A stretch of 64,000 nucleotides of DNA, taken from contig CP154954.1 of assembly GCA_039621445.1 (NCBI GenBank), positions 17,762,589 through 17,826,588 of the forward strand. Direction: 5' to 3'. Every line of letters starts with the position of its first letter. The first letter of the stretch is position 1. Position numbers and translations under genes: made by a program. This stretch comes from Euglena gracilis (Eukaryota). The notes under the pieces are model-generated. The model was not told where the DNA came from. It ran no database searches and was given only the letters and a program-made list of their open reading frames with translations. This document shows positions 1 through 11,069 of this stretch, piece by piece.

Positions 1-706
1 GTGATGATGCCATTTTGCCACAGGGGAAGAGTGGTTGGGACAGAGGGGTAGTGTGAAGCCTGGTCTGGGCTAGGCATCTGTGTCACCGAAATGGTACCGT
101 AAAACAACCTTGTTTTGTTTGCATTTAATTTATTTCATTTCACTTTTTTGGTCGAAGTATTGGGCCGAAATGAACAAACGCTCTGCTGTCGCAGCTCTTG
201 TGACGGGGTCAAACCATTTGTTGCTGCCCAAAGATTTCAGAGTTTTGGGAGAAAGTGCGTTGACCTAAAGAGAATGGGATTTTTCCGCAAATTGACCCCA
301 CCAGCACCATCACTGATATTGTGGGTGAATGTCACGAGAAGCGACAATATGGTCGGGCATCCAGGCTGCTGCTCAAGGGTTCGCAGTACCCCCTGGGGGT
401 GGTCGACTGCAGCTAGTTCAAATTTGGCCAGCAGAAATCCGAGCGATTGGAATCAAAATCCGAGTGATTATTGCGGCATGTGCTGAGGTGGAAATGAGGT
501 TTTTAATGTGTTCTTTTGGCTGATTGTTCCAAAACTGGCCAAACAAATGGGCAATTCGGCCAGTTTGGGGGTGCATGATTTTTGGCGCTGTTCCCCTCCC
601 CTCCCCTAGATCAAAAATATCTTCCAGTCCTGGTCTAGCAAATGGTTATTTTTCCAGAGTCGAGCAAATGGCCAGTCAGTAGACCCCCACCAGGGTTCGA
701 TATAAG

Positions 707-880
707 GAGGGCGTACATGGTTTAGGTGGGGGGGGGTGTCCCCCCCACCCCCCCCCCTCCTGGCCCGCAGGGGGGGGTCCGGACCACCCCCCCACCTGCA
801 AGGGGGGTCCGGACCGACCCTCGGGGGCAAAAATTGACCCCCCCCCAAAAGGGTCAATTTTTTCCCCCGGAAATTTCTGA
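707..880. other. Small G/C-homopolymer-rich element with hairpin (possible non-autonomous TE fragment)
   Basis: Long G and C runs, repeated GGGGTCCGGACC, and inverted repeat AAAATTGACCC...GGGTCAATTTT at ~830-861. No coding signal. Confidence 0.3.
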
Positions 881-1823
881 GAACAGACATGTCCCCACCA
901 CCTTTCAACGGCAGATTCCCGCAAGTCACCATGTGATTTTACCAATTTTTTTGATTCTGCAAGATCCTCTCCCACCACGACAATCCTATTGCGTTCGGAA
1001 ACGGGGAAATGAGAAGAAAGAGGGAGACCCAGTTTGTTTTTTTTTGTGGTATTTTGTGTGTTTTTGGTTTGGCAATTGACATGAAAAATCCCCAATTTGG
1101 TTTCCACGAGATTTTTATGCCCATTTTTTTCAGTGGTCATTTTTGAATCTTTCTGATTTTAATTTGAGTTTTTCTGCTTCATTTGGTGGTCCCCCCCCCC
1201 CGCTTTCGTCCCTCTCATGACAAATTGGTAGTGTTCTGTGTTTGGGCAATGCATTTCTGGCTCTCATCTTGCATTTCCGTTCCATTCTCTGAATGGAGAA
1301 ATGGCAATTCAAAGCGAAACGCACCGCAACTCCTTTGGACCCCATTGCTGTTGCCGTCTTTCGTTATTTGACCTTTTGAAAAGTTTTCAGAGTGGGCTTT
1401 CACAGGCCCCTCCAAAGGCTCCGCTCATTGGGTACGTTGGCTCAGTGCCCACTCTGAGGGTCCAAAAATTGGCGGAAATGTCAACACTGGGGGGAGGGAT
1501 TGCACAGGAATTCCCGGCATTTTTTTTGGGTGGCGCGTGGGGGGCAGTGGCCAGAGTTCTTTCACCACCGCTGGGCCCAACCCAACCACTTTGGGCCAGC
1601 ACACCCCCAAAGACCCTCCCTGACAAGCACCTCCGTTGCTGGGCGAGGGAGGGTTTTTTTGGGGGACCAAACTCCGCAAAAAACCGACGGGTGAAGAAGA
1701 ACACCTTTCGGGGCCACCCGGCTTCCTTCTTCTCCGACTTTTATGACTTTTTTTTTAAGAGGCCGAAAACGGCCGAGCGGGGAAGTCAAAAAATACCCTT
1801 CGAACTGCCTTCGCGACCCAGAT

Positions 1824-1980
1824 TCGGACTCCCACGACAGAGGAAGGGGGAGGAAGGGACCAAGAGGGCGAAGCACAAGAAGATGGTGAGGTCCTGCTTT
1901 CCTTGCCGGCTGTTTTGTTCTGGTGTGTTTGTGCGTGCGCGGGGGGTGCTTCTTACTGCGCCTTTGTTGCCGGAGTTGGC
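1824..1980 (-). repeat. Right ITR plus unique right extension of DIRS family 1 element
   Basis: 1881-1980 is the near-perfect reverse complement of 6262-6360; 1824-1890 is the reverse complement of the ICR first half. Confidence 0.92.
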
Positions 1981-2199
1981 GATGATGAGGCCTCGTCCGA
2001 CACCTTGGCGAAGTGGAACCGCCGTGGCCCCGCCCCCCCCCTTACGCATGGTTGTTTGGTGGGGGGCCCCCCCCTCGATGGGGATGGTTTTCTCTGTCCG
2101 GTGTGTTTCTGGGTGGGTGGTTGGGGCTGCTTGGTTGGGGGCCCCCTTTCTGGTTGGGATGTTTTTCTTTTTGCTGATTTTTTGGGTGGGGGGGTTGGG

Positions 2200-2301
2200 C
2201 TCACCATCTTCTTGTGCTTCGCCCTCTTGGTCCCTTCCTCCCCCTTCCTCTGTCGTGGGAGTCCGAGACCATTCGGGCTCCGCACTGCGAGATGGTGAGG
2301 T
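2200..2301 (-). other. Internal complementary region (ICR) of DIRS element
   Basis: CTCACCATCTTCTTGTG...GGGAGTCCGA is complementary to the right end. It is joined to GACCATTCGGGCTCCGCACTGCGAGATGGTGAG, which is complementary to the left end. Confidence 0.92.
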
Positions 2302-3142
2302 ACTGTGCACCCCCCTTTGGGCCATAATTTTTTGAATTTTTGAAACGACACCAAGTCGCAAATAATGAGCTTGGAAGGCTCCAAAATTTTTCCACTGACC
2401 CAGCTGCTGGACTTCTTCCACTTGTAAACCCGCGTTTTTCCACCATAAAACCCCAGCCCCTCTGGTGCTGTGGGGTTTCCAGTGGGTGGTGTCCACCCGG
2501 TCAAGGAATTCACCCTTTCTGATGTCAAAGGTTTTTTACCATCCAAAGACCACAACAAATTATTCTTGTGCCCAACCATGTGGGCTGTCCTTTCCACATA
2601 CTCTTTCAATAAATGCCAGGGGCTGATGAGGGGGGTGTGTGGCAAAATCAAAACTTCCTCCCATCTTGGGAATTGCCACCCTTTCCTTTGCAACAAAATG
2701 AAAATTTTGTCTCCCACGAAACTGATTTTTCGCTGGGTTCTGGCTAGATCAACCCCCCTGTGGAGGGCCAAAAGCCTCCAACAGATGATGAGTCTGTTTC
2801 TGAGTTCTTTCACCGATAGGTCTGAGAGGGGTGTTGCATTGCCCATGATGTTTTCTAGGAATTCAGTGGGGTCCCAAAAGTGGGCATACTTGCAGACATT
2901 GGAATTCCATTTCCTTTTTAATGGAGACAAAAGAGGGGAAAACCTCAATGACCCAAACCCTGGGAGTAATAAAGCTGCTGCATATGCATTTCGTGCAGTG
3001 TTGAGGCTGTGAACAGCCAAATCAAGGATGGCCTCGGCCATCTTGTGGACTGTGCAGTCCTGCAGGGGCACCCCTTTGTGCAACAATTGGCCCACCAAGG
3101 CCCTGAAGGCTGAGTCATACCGTTTGACATTTCCCAGATTTT

Positions 3143-6106
3143 TTATGTAAGTGTCGATACTGGACATCGAAACTTCCTGGGATTGTAATATTTGCCTGAC
3201 ACAATCAAGCAGGCCAAATTCCACCTTGGGGGGGGCATGTCCTCCCCCCAGCAGTTGGTGAACAGACCCCCCTGGGGGGGTACCAGCAAAACTTTGCTGC
3301 CTGGCTGTCTGATTGCCATTAATTGGCGCCACCATGATGTCGAAGCCCAGTGGGGTACGATTAACAGACATGTCAGGTCTGGGTTTAACATTAATCTTTG
3401 AACCCACTGAGGAATGATGCTCCAGGGGGGGTTGGCATAAACTGGGGGGAGGCCCCTCAAATCTGCCTTCAAGGCATCCACCAGCAAAGCCCCTTGGTGG
3501 GGGTATCGACAAACGAATTTGGGGAATTTTTTGTTGCTGGGGGTACAAAACATGTCCACCTCTGGGGTGATGTCCTTTCTGAAAAAGTGCAGAATTTGGT
3601 GAAAAATGTTCAGGTTTAGGGTATAATCCCCTGGGTCCCTTTGCTCCCTGGTCAGGGAGTCTGCCAATTGCTCTTTTGTGGGAACCCAAACCACCTGCAA
3701 ATTGATTTGCTTTTCTTGGCAATGATACAGCAGGGGTTTTAAAATGGAATTTAGATAGGGCTTTCTGCCTCCCCATTTTGTTAAATAACTTACAGCCACT
3801 TGGCTGTCCACATGAAGCATTATTGTTTGTTTTGGCTTTGCCAGACTTTTTACTGTCTCCACTGCTGACATCAATTCTTTTTGGTTGATGTGAAGGATGT
3901 GCAGATCCCTCCAAAAATCCTGCACTTTTTGGCCTGAATTTTTGTCCAGCCCCCCCCACTGCCAGGTGCTGCTGTCTGAAAACAGTTCCTGAGAGGCCTG
4001 GGATTGAAATGCTCTGCCCACACCTGGCTGCAAAAACGCTTTTTTTAACTCCACAATTTGATCTTTGACCCCCTGGGGAATGGTTAGGGTGTGGTCCCAA
4101 CCCCACTTTGTGTGCAAATCCACCATTTTGCAAAGTTGATCTGTCAGAATTCTGAGAAATGGCATGGAGACTAAATAGCTTCTGACTTGCCCCACAATAG
4201 AACTGAGTTTTCTGCAGCTCATCTTTTGTGCTGTGAGCACCTTGCCTAGCTCCTTTCTTAAGGATTTTAGTTTTTCCTGTGGAATTTCCAGCTGGCCTTT
4301 TTTCAAATTGATCCACTGGCCCAAATGCTTTATTTCCTGTGTTGGTTCTAGACATGATTTGGGGAGGTTTATTCTGAAACCTGCCAGTAAAAGATCTTTT
4401 TTCATTTCTGCCAAATGCTGGGCTGTTGTCTTTTTGCTGGGGGCTAACAGCAAAATATCGTCCAGGTAGATGAAAACTACCTTTCCTTCCTTCCTCCATT
4501 TCCTTTCCCAGACTCTCATGAGAGTCATAAACTTTTGTGGCAGGCTGCTTATGCCAAAGCATGCAGCTTGAAACTGCCACGTTTCCCCCCCCACCTGCAT
4601 GCACACATGTTTCTCCAGACTGCTGTGCAGTTTTAAGTGGAAGTATGCATCTTTCAGGTCTATTTTTCCACAGAACCAACCTTTTCTTAGATATGGGAAA
4701 ATGTTTCCCATATGTTCCAATCTGAATTTCTGTGGGGTAAAATGGAGATTTAACTGTCGACAATCTGATATCAGTCTTTCTTTGGTCTTTTCCCCTTCCT
4801 TTTTGGAAATGATAAAATAAGGAACAAAATGTTTTGCCTCCTCTGGGGGGATTTGTCTGGTTGCCCCTGCACATTCGTATTCTCTCAGAATTTTTTGGGC
4901 AGTCATTATTTCTTGGGGGGTCTTGAATGGAACTTTTTTGGACATTTGAGGGGGGAGGGGAAGATCTGCCATAACACCTTCCCTTATCAGGTTTAATACC
5001 TCTCTGCTGGCTCCTGCCTTTTCCCAATGAGGGATACTGGCCTGCAGGGCTCTGAAAGGGGGTACCCCTGGGTGTAATGTATCTGGGGATTCCACAGGCC
5101 CCATCACTGGGGTCCTTCCCCCTGGCTGCCCCATCACTGGGGTCAGCTCTGGCTGCCCCATCACTGGGGTCCTCTCTGGCTGCCCCATCACTGGGGTCAC
5201 CTCTGGCCCTGCCATAGGGCTGTTCAAAGACAGGCTTTCCCCCTGTTTTTGAAAAATGGGGGAAGGTCTGTGTCTGCAGTGGGGAGGTACATATACAGCT
5301 GGGGGGTGTGGGCTGATTATCTTCTGGGGGGGCCCTGGTGTAGCCATTCTTGGGCCTCCCCCCCAAGGGCTGTGGTCTTGAATGCATGGGCCTCCAATGG
5401 CCATTTGATTTTTGTTGAAATGGCCTCCATTGGCCTTGATACTTTGGCCCTGGCCTCCATTGGCCTCTTGGATATAATGGCCTCCATTGGCCTTCCCCTG
5501 AAGGGGGTGGGGCTTGCTTGGATGGTTGAAATGGCCTCCACTGGCCTTGAGGTCTTGATGCCTCCACTGGCCACCATTGGCCCCTTGATTTTGAATATAA
5601 TGGCTTTTCAGCCTGAGCTTTTGGCTTCCATAGCCTTGCAGCTGGGCTCCATGCCCTTGATGATAAAGGCTGCCATAGCCTTGATGACAAGGGTCTCCAT
5701 GCCCTTGATTCCTCCTGGGTGGGGGGTGGTGATGAGAAAAAGGGGGGGTAATCTGCCAGACCTGTCTCCCCATTTCTTTTCCTCGATTTACTGGCCACCA
5801 CTGTCCAGGGTCCATGGCCGTCGTTGAACTGTTGGAATCGAAATTTCTCTGGGAGATTGGGAGGAGGGGGGGTTGCGACGGCCACGGACTGGTGTTCTGC
5901 TGCTGCCCCGTCATCGTCTCCAGCGCCTGCTGCTCCTCCACTCTTCTCCATTCCAGGTTTCTTCCTTGAAATTCCTGATGATGTCGCTGGACGGTCTGTG
6001 TTGGTTGCACCGGCTTCAGCTGGGACTCCGTCTCTTCCAGCTTCAGCTGCCTTCTCCTGGCTTCCTTTTTGCTCTGCTGGGCCGCTGGACACCAGGTATG
6101 TGGCAT
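3143..6106 (-). CDS. DIRS polyprotein: low-complexity N-terminus, reverse transcriptase, RNase H, N6-adenine DNA methyltransferase
   Basis: RT: RLISDCR, KIDLKDAYFH, CFG, YLDD. RNase H: FSDSS, HINQKEL, VDSQV, LADSLTR. MTase: VDMFC...VDAL...YANPPW...VPHWASTSWW. Confidence 0.93.
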   Translation of the reverse strand: MPHTWCPAAQQSKKEARRRQLKLEETESQLKPVQPTQTVQRHHQEFQGRNLEWRRVEEQQALETMTGQQQNTSPWPSQPPLLPISQRNFDSNSSTTAMDPGQWWPVNRGKEMGRQVWQITPPFSHHHPPPRRNQGHGDPCHQGYGSLYHQGHGAQLQGYGSQKLRLKSHYIQNQGANGGQWRHQDLKASGGHFNHPSKPHPLQGKANGGHYIQEANGGQGQSIKANGGHFNKNQMAIGGPCIQDHSPWGGGPRMATPGPPQKIISPHPPAVYVPPHCRHRPSPIFQKQGESLSLNSPMAGPEVTPVMGQPERTPVMGQPELTPVMGQPGGRTPVMGPVESPDTLHPGVPPFRALQASIPHWEKAGASREVLNLIREGVMADLPLPPQMSKKVPFKTPQEIMTAQKILREYECAGATRQIPPEEAKHFVPYFIISKKEGEKTKERLISDCRQLNLHFTPQKFRLEHMGNIFPYLRKGWFCGKIDLKDAYFHLKLHSSLEKHVCMQVGGETWQFQAACFGISSLPQKFMTLMRVWERKWRKEGKVVFIYLDDILLLAPSKKTTAQHLAEMKKDLLLAGFRINLPKSCLEPTQEIKHLGQWINLKKGQLEIPQEKLKSLRKELGKVLTAQKMSCRKLSSIVGQVRSYLVSMPFLRILTDQLCKMVDLHTKWGWDHTLTIPQGVKDQIVELKKAFLQPGVGRAFQSQASQELFSDSSTWQWGGLDKNSGQKVQDFWRDLHILHINQKELMSAVETVKSLAKPKQTIMLHVDSQVAVSYLTKWGGRKPYLNSILKPLLYHCQEKQINLQVVWVPTKEQLADSLTREQRDPGDYTLNLNIFHQILHFFRKDITPEVDMFCTPSNKKFPKFVCRYPHQGALLVDALKADLRGLPPVYANPPWSIIPQWVQRLMLNPDLTCLLIVPHWASTSWWRQLMAIRQPGSKVLLVPPQGGLFTNCWGEDMPPPRWNLACLIVSGKYYNPRKFRCPVSTLT
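5100..5213. repeat. 4 x ~27-30-bp tandem repeat in DIRS coding region
   Basis: CCATCACTGGGGTC...CTGGCTGCC units, encoding PVMGQPE in one frame and PSDGAAR in the other. Confidence 0.9.
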
Positions 6107-6261
6107 CTTTCATGGAAATCAAATTTTTCTTTCTCCGCTTTTCTATATCGTCCAGATTGCTCTTCCTCCTCTGTATTGACTGGTCGGTGTGGTTGAACGT
6201 TGTTGAACTCGTTGAGTTGAAATTCTTTCTCCTTGAGGTCGAAGGGCAGAATTAAGAATCA

Positions 6262-6383
6262 GCCAACTCCGGCAACAAAAAGCAGTAAGAAGCACCCCCC
6301 GCGCACGCACAAACACACCAGAACAAAACAGCCGGCAAGGAAAGCAGGACCTCACCATCTCGCAGTGCGGAGCCCGAATGGTC
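6262..6383 (-). repeat. Left ITR / left terminus of DIRS family 1 element
   Basis: Inverted copy of 1881-1980; 6351-6383 is complementary to the ICR second half. Confidence 0.92.
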
Positions 6384-6438
6384 GTCTAGGGATGATCTTC
6401 TTTGGACAACGAAAACACCACAGTGACCGCAGAAATTA

Positions 6439-7029
6439 TACTCCCTCGAGGAAGCCCGCAAGGGCATAAGGGACACCTAGGGCGAAGCGCAAAGACCTTG
6501 TGAGGCCACGCCTTGCCCTGTACTCCTACCCCGGGCTCCGCAATTTGCCCTTGTGAGGCCATACGGCCATACCTTGCTCGCCGGCGGTGCGGTGTGGATC
6601 TTTTTTTGGTTTGCTGGGTTAGGCGGTCCCGCGCAGTGCCTTTTTCGCCGGAGGTGGCCGATTCCCATTTTGCCCTTCGACTGCCAAGAAAAAAGGACCT
6701 GAAAACCTTATCCACTGGAAGAAGAAGAAGTCCACTCAACTAAGTTAAAATATCGGGGGAGGCACGCTCGTGAAGAACAAAAAAGAAGAAATTGTTGAGT
6801 TTTTTTGAAAGAAGTTCAAGGAAAGATGCCATTTCAAAGAAGCACAGCGCTGGAGAACTTCAAGAGGGAGAAGCCGAAGCAGCTGGACAACCTGACGACG
6901 TGAACCGACCGTTGCGAACCGTGGCTGCTCCTTACACATCAGAAAATTCAAAATCCAAAAAAACACCCGAAGTGACAACCACGGTCCATGGCAGACAGTG
7001 GTCAGAAGACCCCGGAGGGAGCAGAAGAA
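6439..7029 (+). mobile_element. Remnant termini and 5' ORF fragment of DIRS family 2
   Basis: 6439-6515 resembles the family-2 right extension (cf. 7030-7100). ~6530-6660 resembles the family-2 left terminus plus ITR, followed by CCCTTCGAC as in the other DIRS 5' regions. HGPWQTVV matches HGPWTVV of element 1. Confidence 0.6.
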
Positions 7030-7439
7030 TCGCACTCCCTCGAGGCAAGCGGGCCAGGGAGGAAGGGACACCGAGGGCGAGGCACAAAGACATTGTGAGG
7101 CCATGCCTCGCTCGCCGGCGGTGTGCTGTGATTGTTTTGTGCGCTGTGTTAGGAGGTCACGCTTAGTGCCGCCTCGCCGGAGTTGGCTGCTGATGCTTCT
7201 CAGACGTGGCGACGTGCCTTCTGTCCCTTGGGGGTCCCCCACCCACCACCCCCCCCCTGGCCCGCGTCTTCTGACCGAGGGTGTTTGAACACAAATTTCC
7301 GGACATTGGCGGGGGGGGGGGGGTCGGGCTCACAATGTCTTTGTGCTTCGCCCTCGGTGTCCCTTCCTCCCTGGTCGGCTTGCCGCGAGGGAGTACGAGA
7401 CACCTCGGGCTGCGCACTTTGCCATTGTGAGGCCAGATT

Positions 7440-8630
7440 GTGCACTGAAATTAGGGGGGCCAGGGCATTCTCTAAAGCACCTTGGGCACCAAGTCTTTGG
7501 TAATGGGCTGTAAAAGCCTCCACCCCGTTCCACTGACCAACTTCACAAACTTCTTGGGCAGAAAGGCCCAATTCTTTGAGCAAACCAACCCCTGCTCCTC
7601 TGGTGGAGTGGGATCCCCAAACTTGGGGGGTCCCCATGTTGGGATAAAAATGTTTTTGTAATGGAAGCAACTGTATCAGCACTTATGGCTTTATAGGAGG
7701 GTTTTAACGAATTAAATGGGACCCTCAGGTTTCACAAAGAAACGTGTTGCTGCCACATAGGACATCATCAAAGGAAAGGGACTGATTTAGGGACAGTGAG
7801 GAATTTCAACAACTCTCTCCCACTTGTGGAACTTCTGGCCTTTACGCTTAATTTTGATCTAGGCAGCCCCACCCAACACACTGGTGGTTCTTTGGACCTG
7901 TGCCAAATCTGAACTTCTGTATAAACAGAGAATTATGCAGCAAAAAATGAGTTGTGTACGTAATGTACAAATATCAGTGGGCAGGGGGGACTGTGCCAGC
8001 CCCAGGAGGATTGGGAGGGGATCCCCAAAAGCACCATACTTATATAGATTTTGGTTCCAAAGCCTTTTGTAAGGGGCTAACATGCCATGGAACTTCAGAC
8101 CACCAAGGCCGAAGTTCAAAGCCAGGGATTAAAAGCATAGCACAGTATGCATTACGGACCTGTGCCTTTGAAAAATGAAAAATTTGTATTAAAGCGTCAA
8201 CCACTTGGTCAGTGGTGGCTGTAGGGGGGGGTACCCCCCTTTTCCAGAATGACCCATAGAAGCGTAAAGGCGTTTTGGTAACGCCCTATACTGGGGATTC
8301 TTCCCAGGAAATTGTTAGTGGACTTATTTTGTATTTGTTTCTCTTCCAAAATTTGCCTGAGAAAAACATGCAAAGAAAGGGCCACCTGGGGGGTGGCATT
8401 TCTTCTCCCCTGCAATTGGTGAAAATACCCTTGTAGGGGGTGATTTTCACGGAGGGGGTCCCTGGCACTTTCATTTTTATTAACTGGGGCCACCAGGTGG
8501 CTGATTCCCAGTAGGGGGTTACCATCAAATCTTTTGTCTGCAGAGAATTTTTCAATCTGGGAGGAATTTTTGAATTACTGACCAGGGGGGGGGGTTGCAT
8601 AAAGGTGCCCCAGATTGTCCAGGGGACATT
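7440..8630 (-). pseudogene. DIRS family 2 tyrosine recombinase plus MTase C-terminal fragment, unit 1
   Basis: LYRSSDLA, HSTRGAG, GQW, AHY; LYA(NPP)W region and PYWESATWW; stops and frameshifts. Confidence 0.85.
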
Positions 8631-9251
8631 GCAGTGCAGATGCCATTTCAAAGAAGCACAGCGCTGGAGAACTTCAAGAGGGAGAAGCCGAAGCAGCTGG
8701 ACAACCTGACGACGTGAACCGACCGTTGCGAACCGTGGCTGCTCCTTACACATCAGAAAATTCAAATCCAAAAAAACACCCGAAGTGACAACCACGGTCC
8801 ATGGCAGACAGTGGTCAGAAGACCCCGGAGGGAGCAGAATAATCGCACTCCCTCGAGGCAAGCGGGCCAGGGAGGAAGGGACACCGAGGGCGAGGCACAA
8901 AGACATTGTGAGGCCATGCCTCGCTCGCCGGCGGTGTGCTGTGATTGTTTTGTGCGCTGTGTTAGGAGGTCACGCTTAGTGCCGCCTCGCCGGAGTTGGC
9001 TGCTGATGCTTCTCAGACGTGGCGACGTGCCTTCTGTCCCTTGGGGGTCCCCCACCCACCACCCCCCCCCCCTGGCCCGCGTCTTCTGACCGAGTGTGTT
9101 TGAACACAAATTTCCGGACATTGGCGGGGGGGGGGTCGGGCTCACAATGTCTTTGTGCTTCGCCCTCGGTGTCCCTTCCTCCCTGGTCGGCTTGCCGCGA
9201 GGGAGTACGAGACACCTCGGGCTGCGCACTTTGCCATTGTGAGGCCAGATT

Positions 9252-10447
9252 GTGCACTGAAATTAGGGGGGCCAGGGCATTCTCTAAAGCACCTTGGGCA
9301 CCAAGTCTTTGGTAATGGGCTGTAAAAGCCTCCACCCCGTTCCACTGACCAACTTCACAAACTTCTTGGGCAGAAAGGCCCAATTCTTTGAGCAAACCAA
9401 CCCCTGCTCCTCTGGTGGAGTGGGATCCCCAAACTTGGGGGGTCCCCATGTTGGGATAAAAATGTTTTTGTAATGGAAGCAACTGTATCAGCACTTATGG
9501 CTTTATAGGAGGGTTTTAACGAATTAAATGGGACCCTCAGGTTTCACAAAGAAACGTGTTGCTGCCACATAGGACATCATCAAATGAAAGGGACTGATTT
9601 AGGGACAGTGAGGAATTGCAACAACTCTCTCCCACTTGTGGAACTTCTGGCCTTTACGCTTAATTTTGATCTAGGCAGCCCCACCCAACACACTGGTTGT
9701 TCTTTGGACCTGTGCCAAATCTGAACTTCTGTATAAACAGAGAATTATGCAGCAAAAAAAGAGTTGTGTACGTAATGTACAAATATCAGTGGGCAGGGGG
9801 GACTGTGCCAGCCCCAGGAGGATTGGGAGGGGATCCCCAAAAGCACCAAACTTATATAGATTTTGGTTCCAAAGCCTTTTGTAAGGGGCTAACATGCCAT
9901 GGAACTTCAGACCACCAAGGCCGAAGTTCAAAGCCAGGGATTAAAAGCATAGCACAGTATGCATTACGGACCTGTGCCTTTGAAAAATGAAAAATTTGTA
10001 TAAAAGCGTCAACCACTTGGTCAGTGGTGGCTGTAGGGGGGGGGTACCCCCCTTTTCCAGAATGACCCATAGAAGCGTAAAGGCGTTTTGGTAACGCCCT
10101 ATACTGGGGTTTCTTCCCAGGAAATTGTTAGTGGACTTATTTTGTATTTGTTTCTCTTCCAAAATTTGCCTGAGAAAATCATGCAAAGAAAGGGCCACCT
10201 GGGGGGGTGGCATTTTCTCTCCCCTGCAATTGGTGAAAATACCCTTGTAGGGGGTGATTTTCAGGGAGGGGGTCCCTGGCACTTTCATTTTTATTAACTG
10301 GGGCCACCAGGTGGCTGATTCCCAGTAGGGGGTTACCATCAAATCTTTTGTCTGCAGAGAATTTTTCAATCTGGGAGGAATTTTTGAATTACTGACCAGG
10401 GGTGGGGGGGGTTGCATAAAGGTGCCCCAGATTGTCCAGGGGACGTT
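9252..10447 (-). pseudogene. DIRS family 2 tyrosine recombinase plus MTase fragment, unit 2
   Basis: Near-identical to unit 1, with the same inactivating lesions. Confidence 0.85.
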
Positions 10448-11069
10448 GCAGTGCAGATGCCATTTCAAAGAAGCACAGCGCTGGAGAACTTCAAGAGGGA
10501 GAAGCCGAAGCAGCTGGACAACCTGACGACGTGAACCGACCGTTGCGAACCGTGGCTGCTCCTTACACATCAGAAAATTCAAAATCCAAAAAAACACCCG
10601 AAGTGACAACCACGGTCCATGGCAGACAGTGGTCAGAAGACCCCGGAGGGAGCAGAAGAATTGCACTCCCTCGAGGCAAACGGGCCAGGGAGGAAGGGAC
10701 ACCGAGGGCGAGGCACAAATACATTGTGAGGCCATGCCTCGCTCGCCGGCGGTGTGCTGTGATTGTTTTGTGCGCTGTGTTAGGAGGTCACGCTTAGTGC
10801 CGCCTCGCCGGAGTTGGCTGCTGATGCTTCTCAGACGTGGCGACGTGCCTTCTGTCCCTTGGGGGTCCCCCACCCACCACCCCCCCCCTGGCCCGCGTCT
10901 TCTGACCGAGGGTGTTTGAACACAAATTTCCGGACATTGGCGGGGGGGGGGGGTCGGGCTCACAATGTCTTTGTGCTTCGCCCTCGGTGTCCCTTCCTCC
11001 CTGGTCGGCTTGCCGCGAGGGAGTACGAGACACCTCGGGCTGCGCACTTTGCCATTGTGAGGCCAGATT

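Larger units (their letters stand above)
2330..6122 (-). pseudogene. Long overlapping ORF with C-terminal tyrosine recombinase (YR domain ~3170-2340); frameshifted at ~2497
   Basis: ORF 1953..6122 has ALHRGVDLAR (catalytic R). HSTRG (HxxR), GQW and AHY (catalytic Y) lie in ORF 1786..2496. VNSLT|VDTTHW suggests a small deletion causing the frameshift. Confidence 0.88.
1824..6383 (-). mobile_element. Full-length DIRS1-like tyrosine-recombinase retrotransposon (DIRS family 1)
   Basis: ~100-bp ITRs (1881-1980 / 6262-6360). The ICR at 2200-2301 matches both extreme termini and defines the junction CCGAATGGTC|TCGGACTCCC = 6383|1824. Contains an RT-RNaseH-MTase ORF and an overlapping YR ORF. Confidence 0.95.

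Noticed and set aside
1-600. Minus-strand fragment TLKSLGSNKWFD...LFISAQYF, reminiscent of a Ulp1-like protease
   Set aside because: Multiple stops and no catalytic H/D/C motifs visible; too weak to call.
900-1820. Possible decayed non-LTR 3' end or ORF 1238..2335
   Set aside because: No diagnostic motifs; the ORF runs through non-coding ITR/ICR sequence and looks fortuitous.
5100-5213. CRISPR-like short repeats (also 53211-53585)
   Set aside because: Units are contiguous coding tandem repeats without unique regular spacers; no cas genes; eukaryotic TE context.
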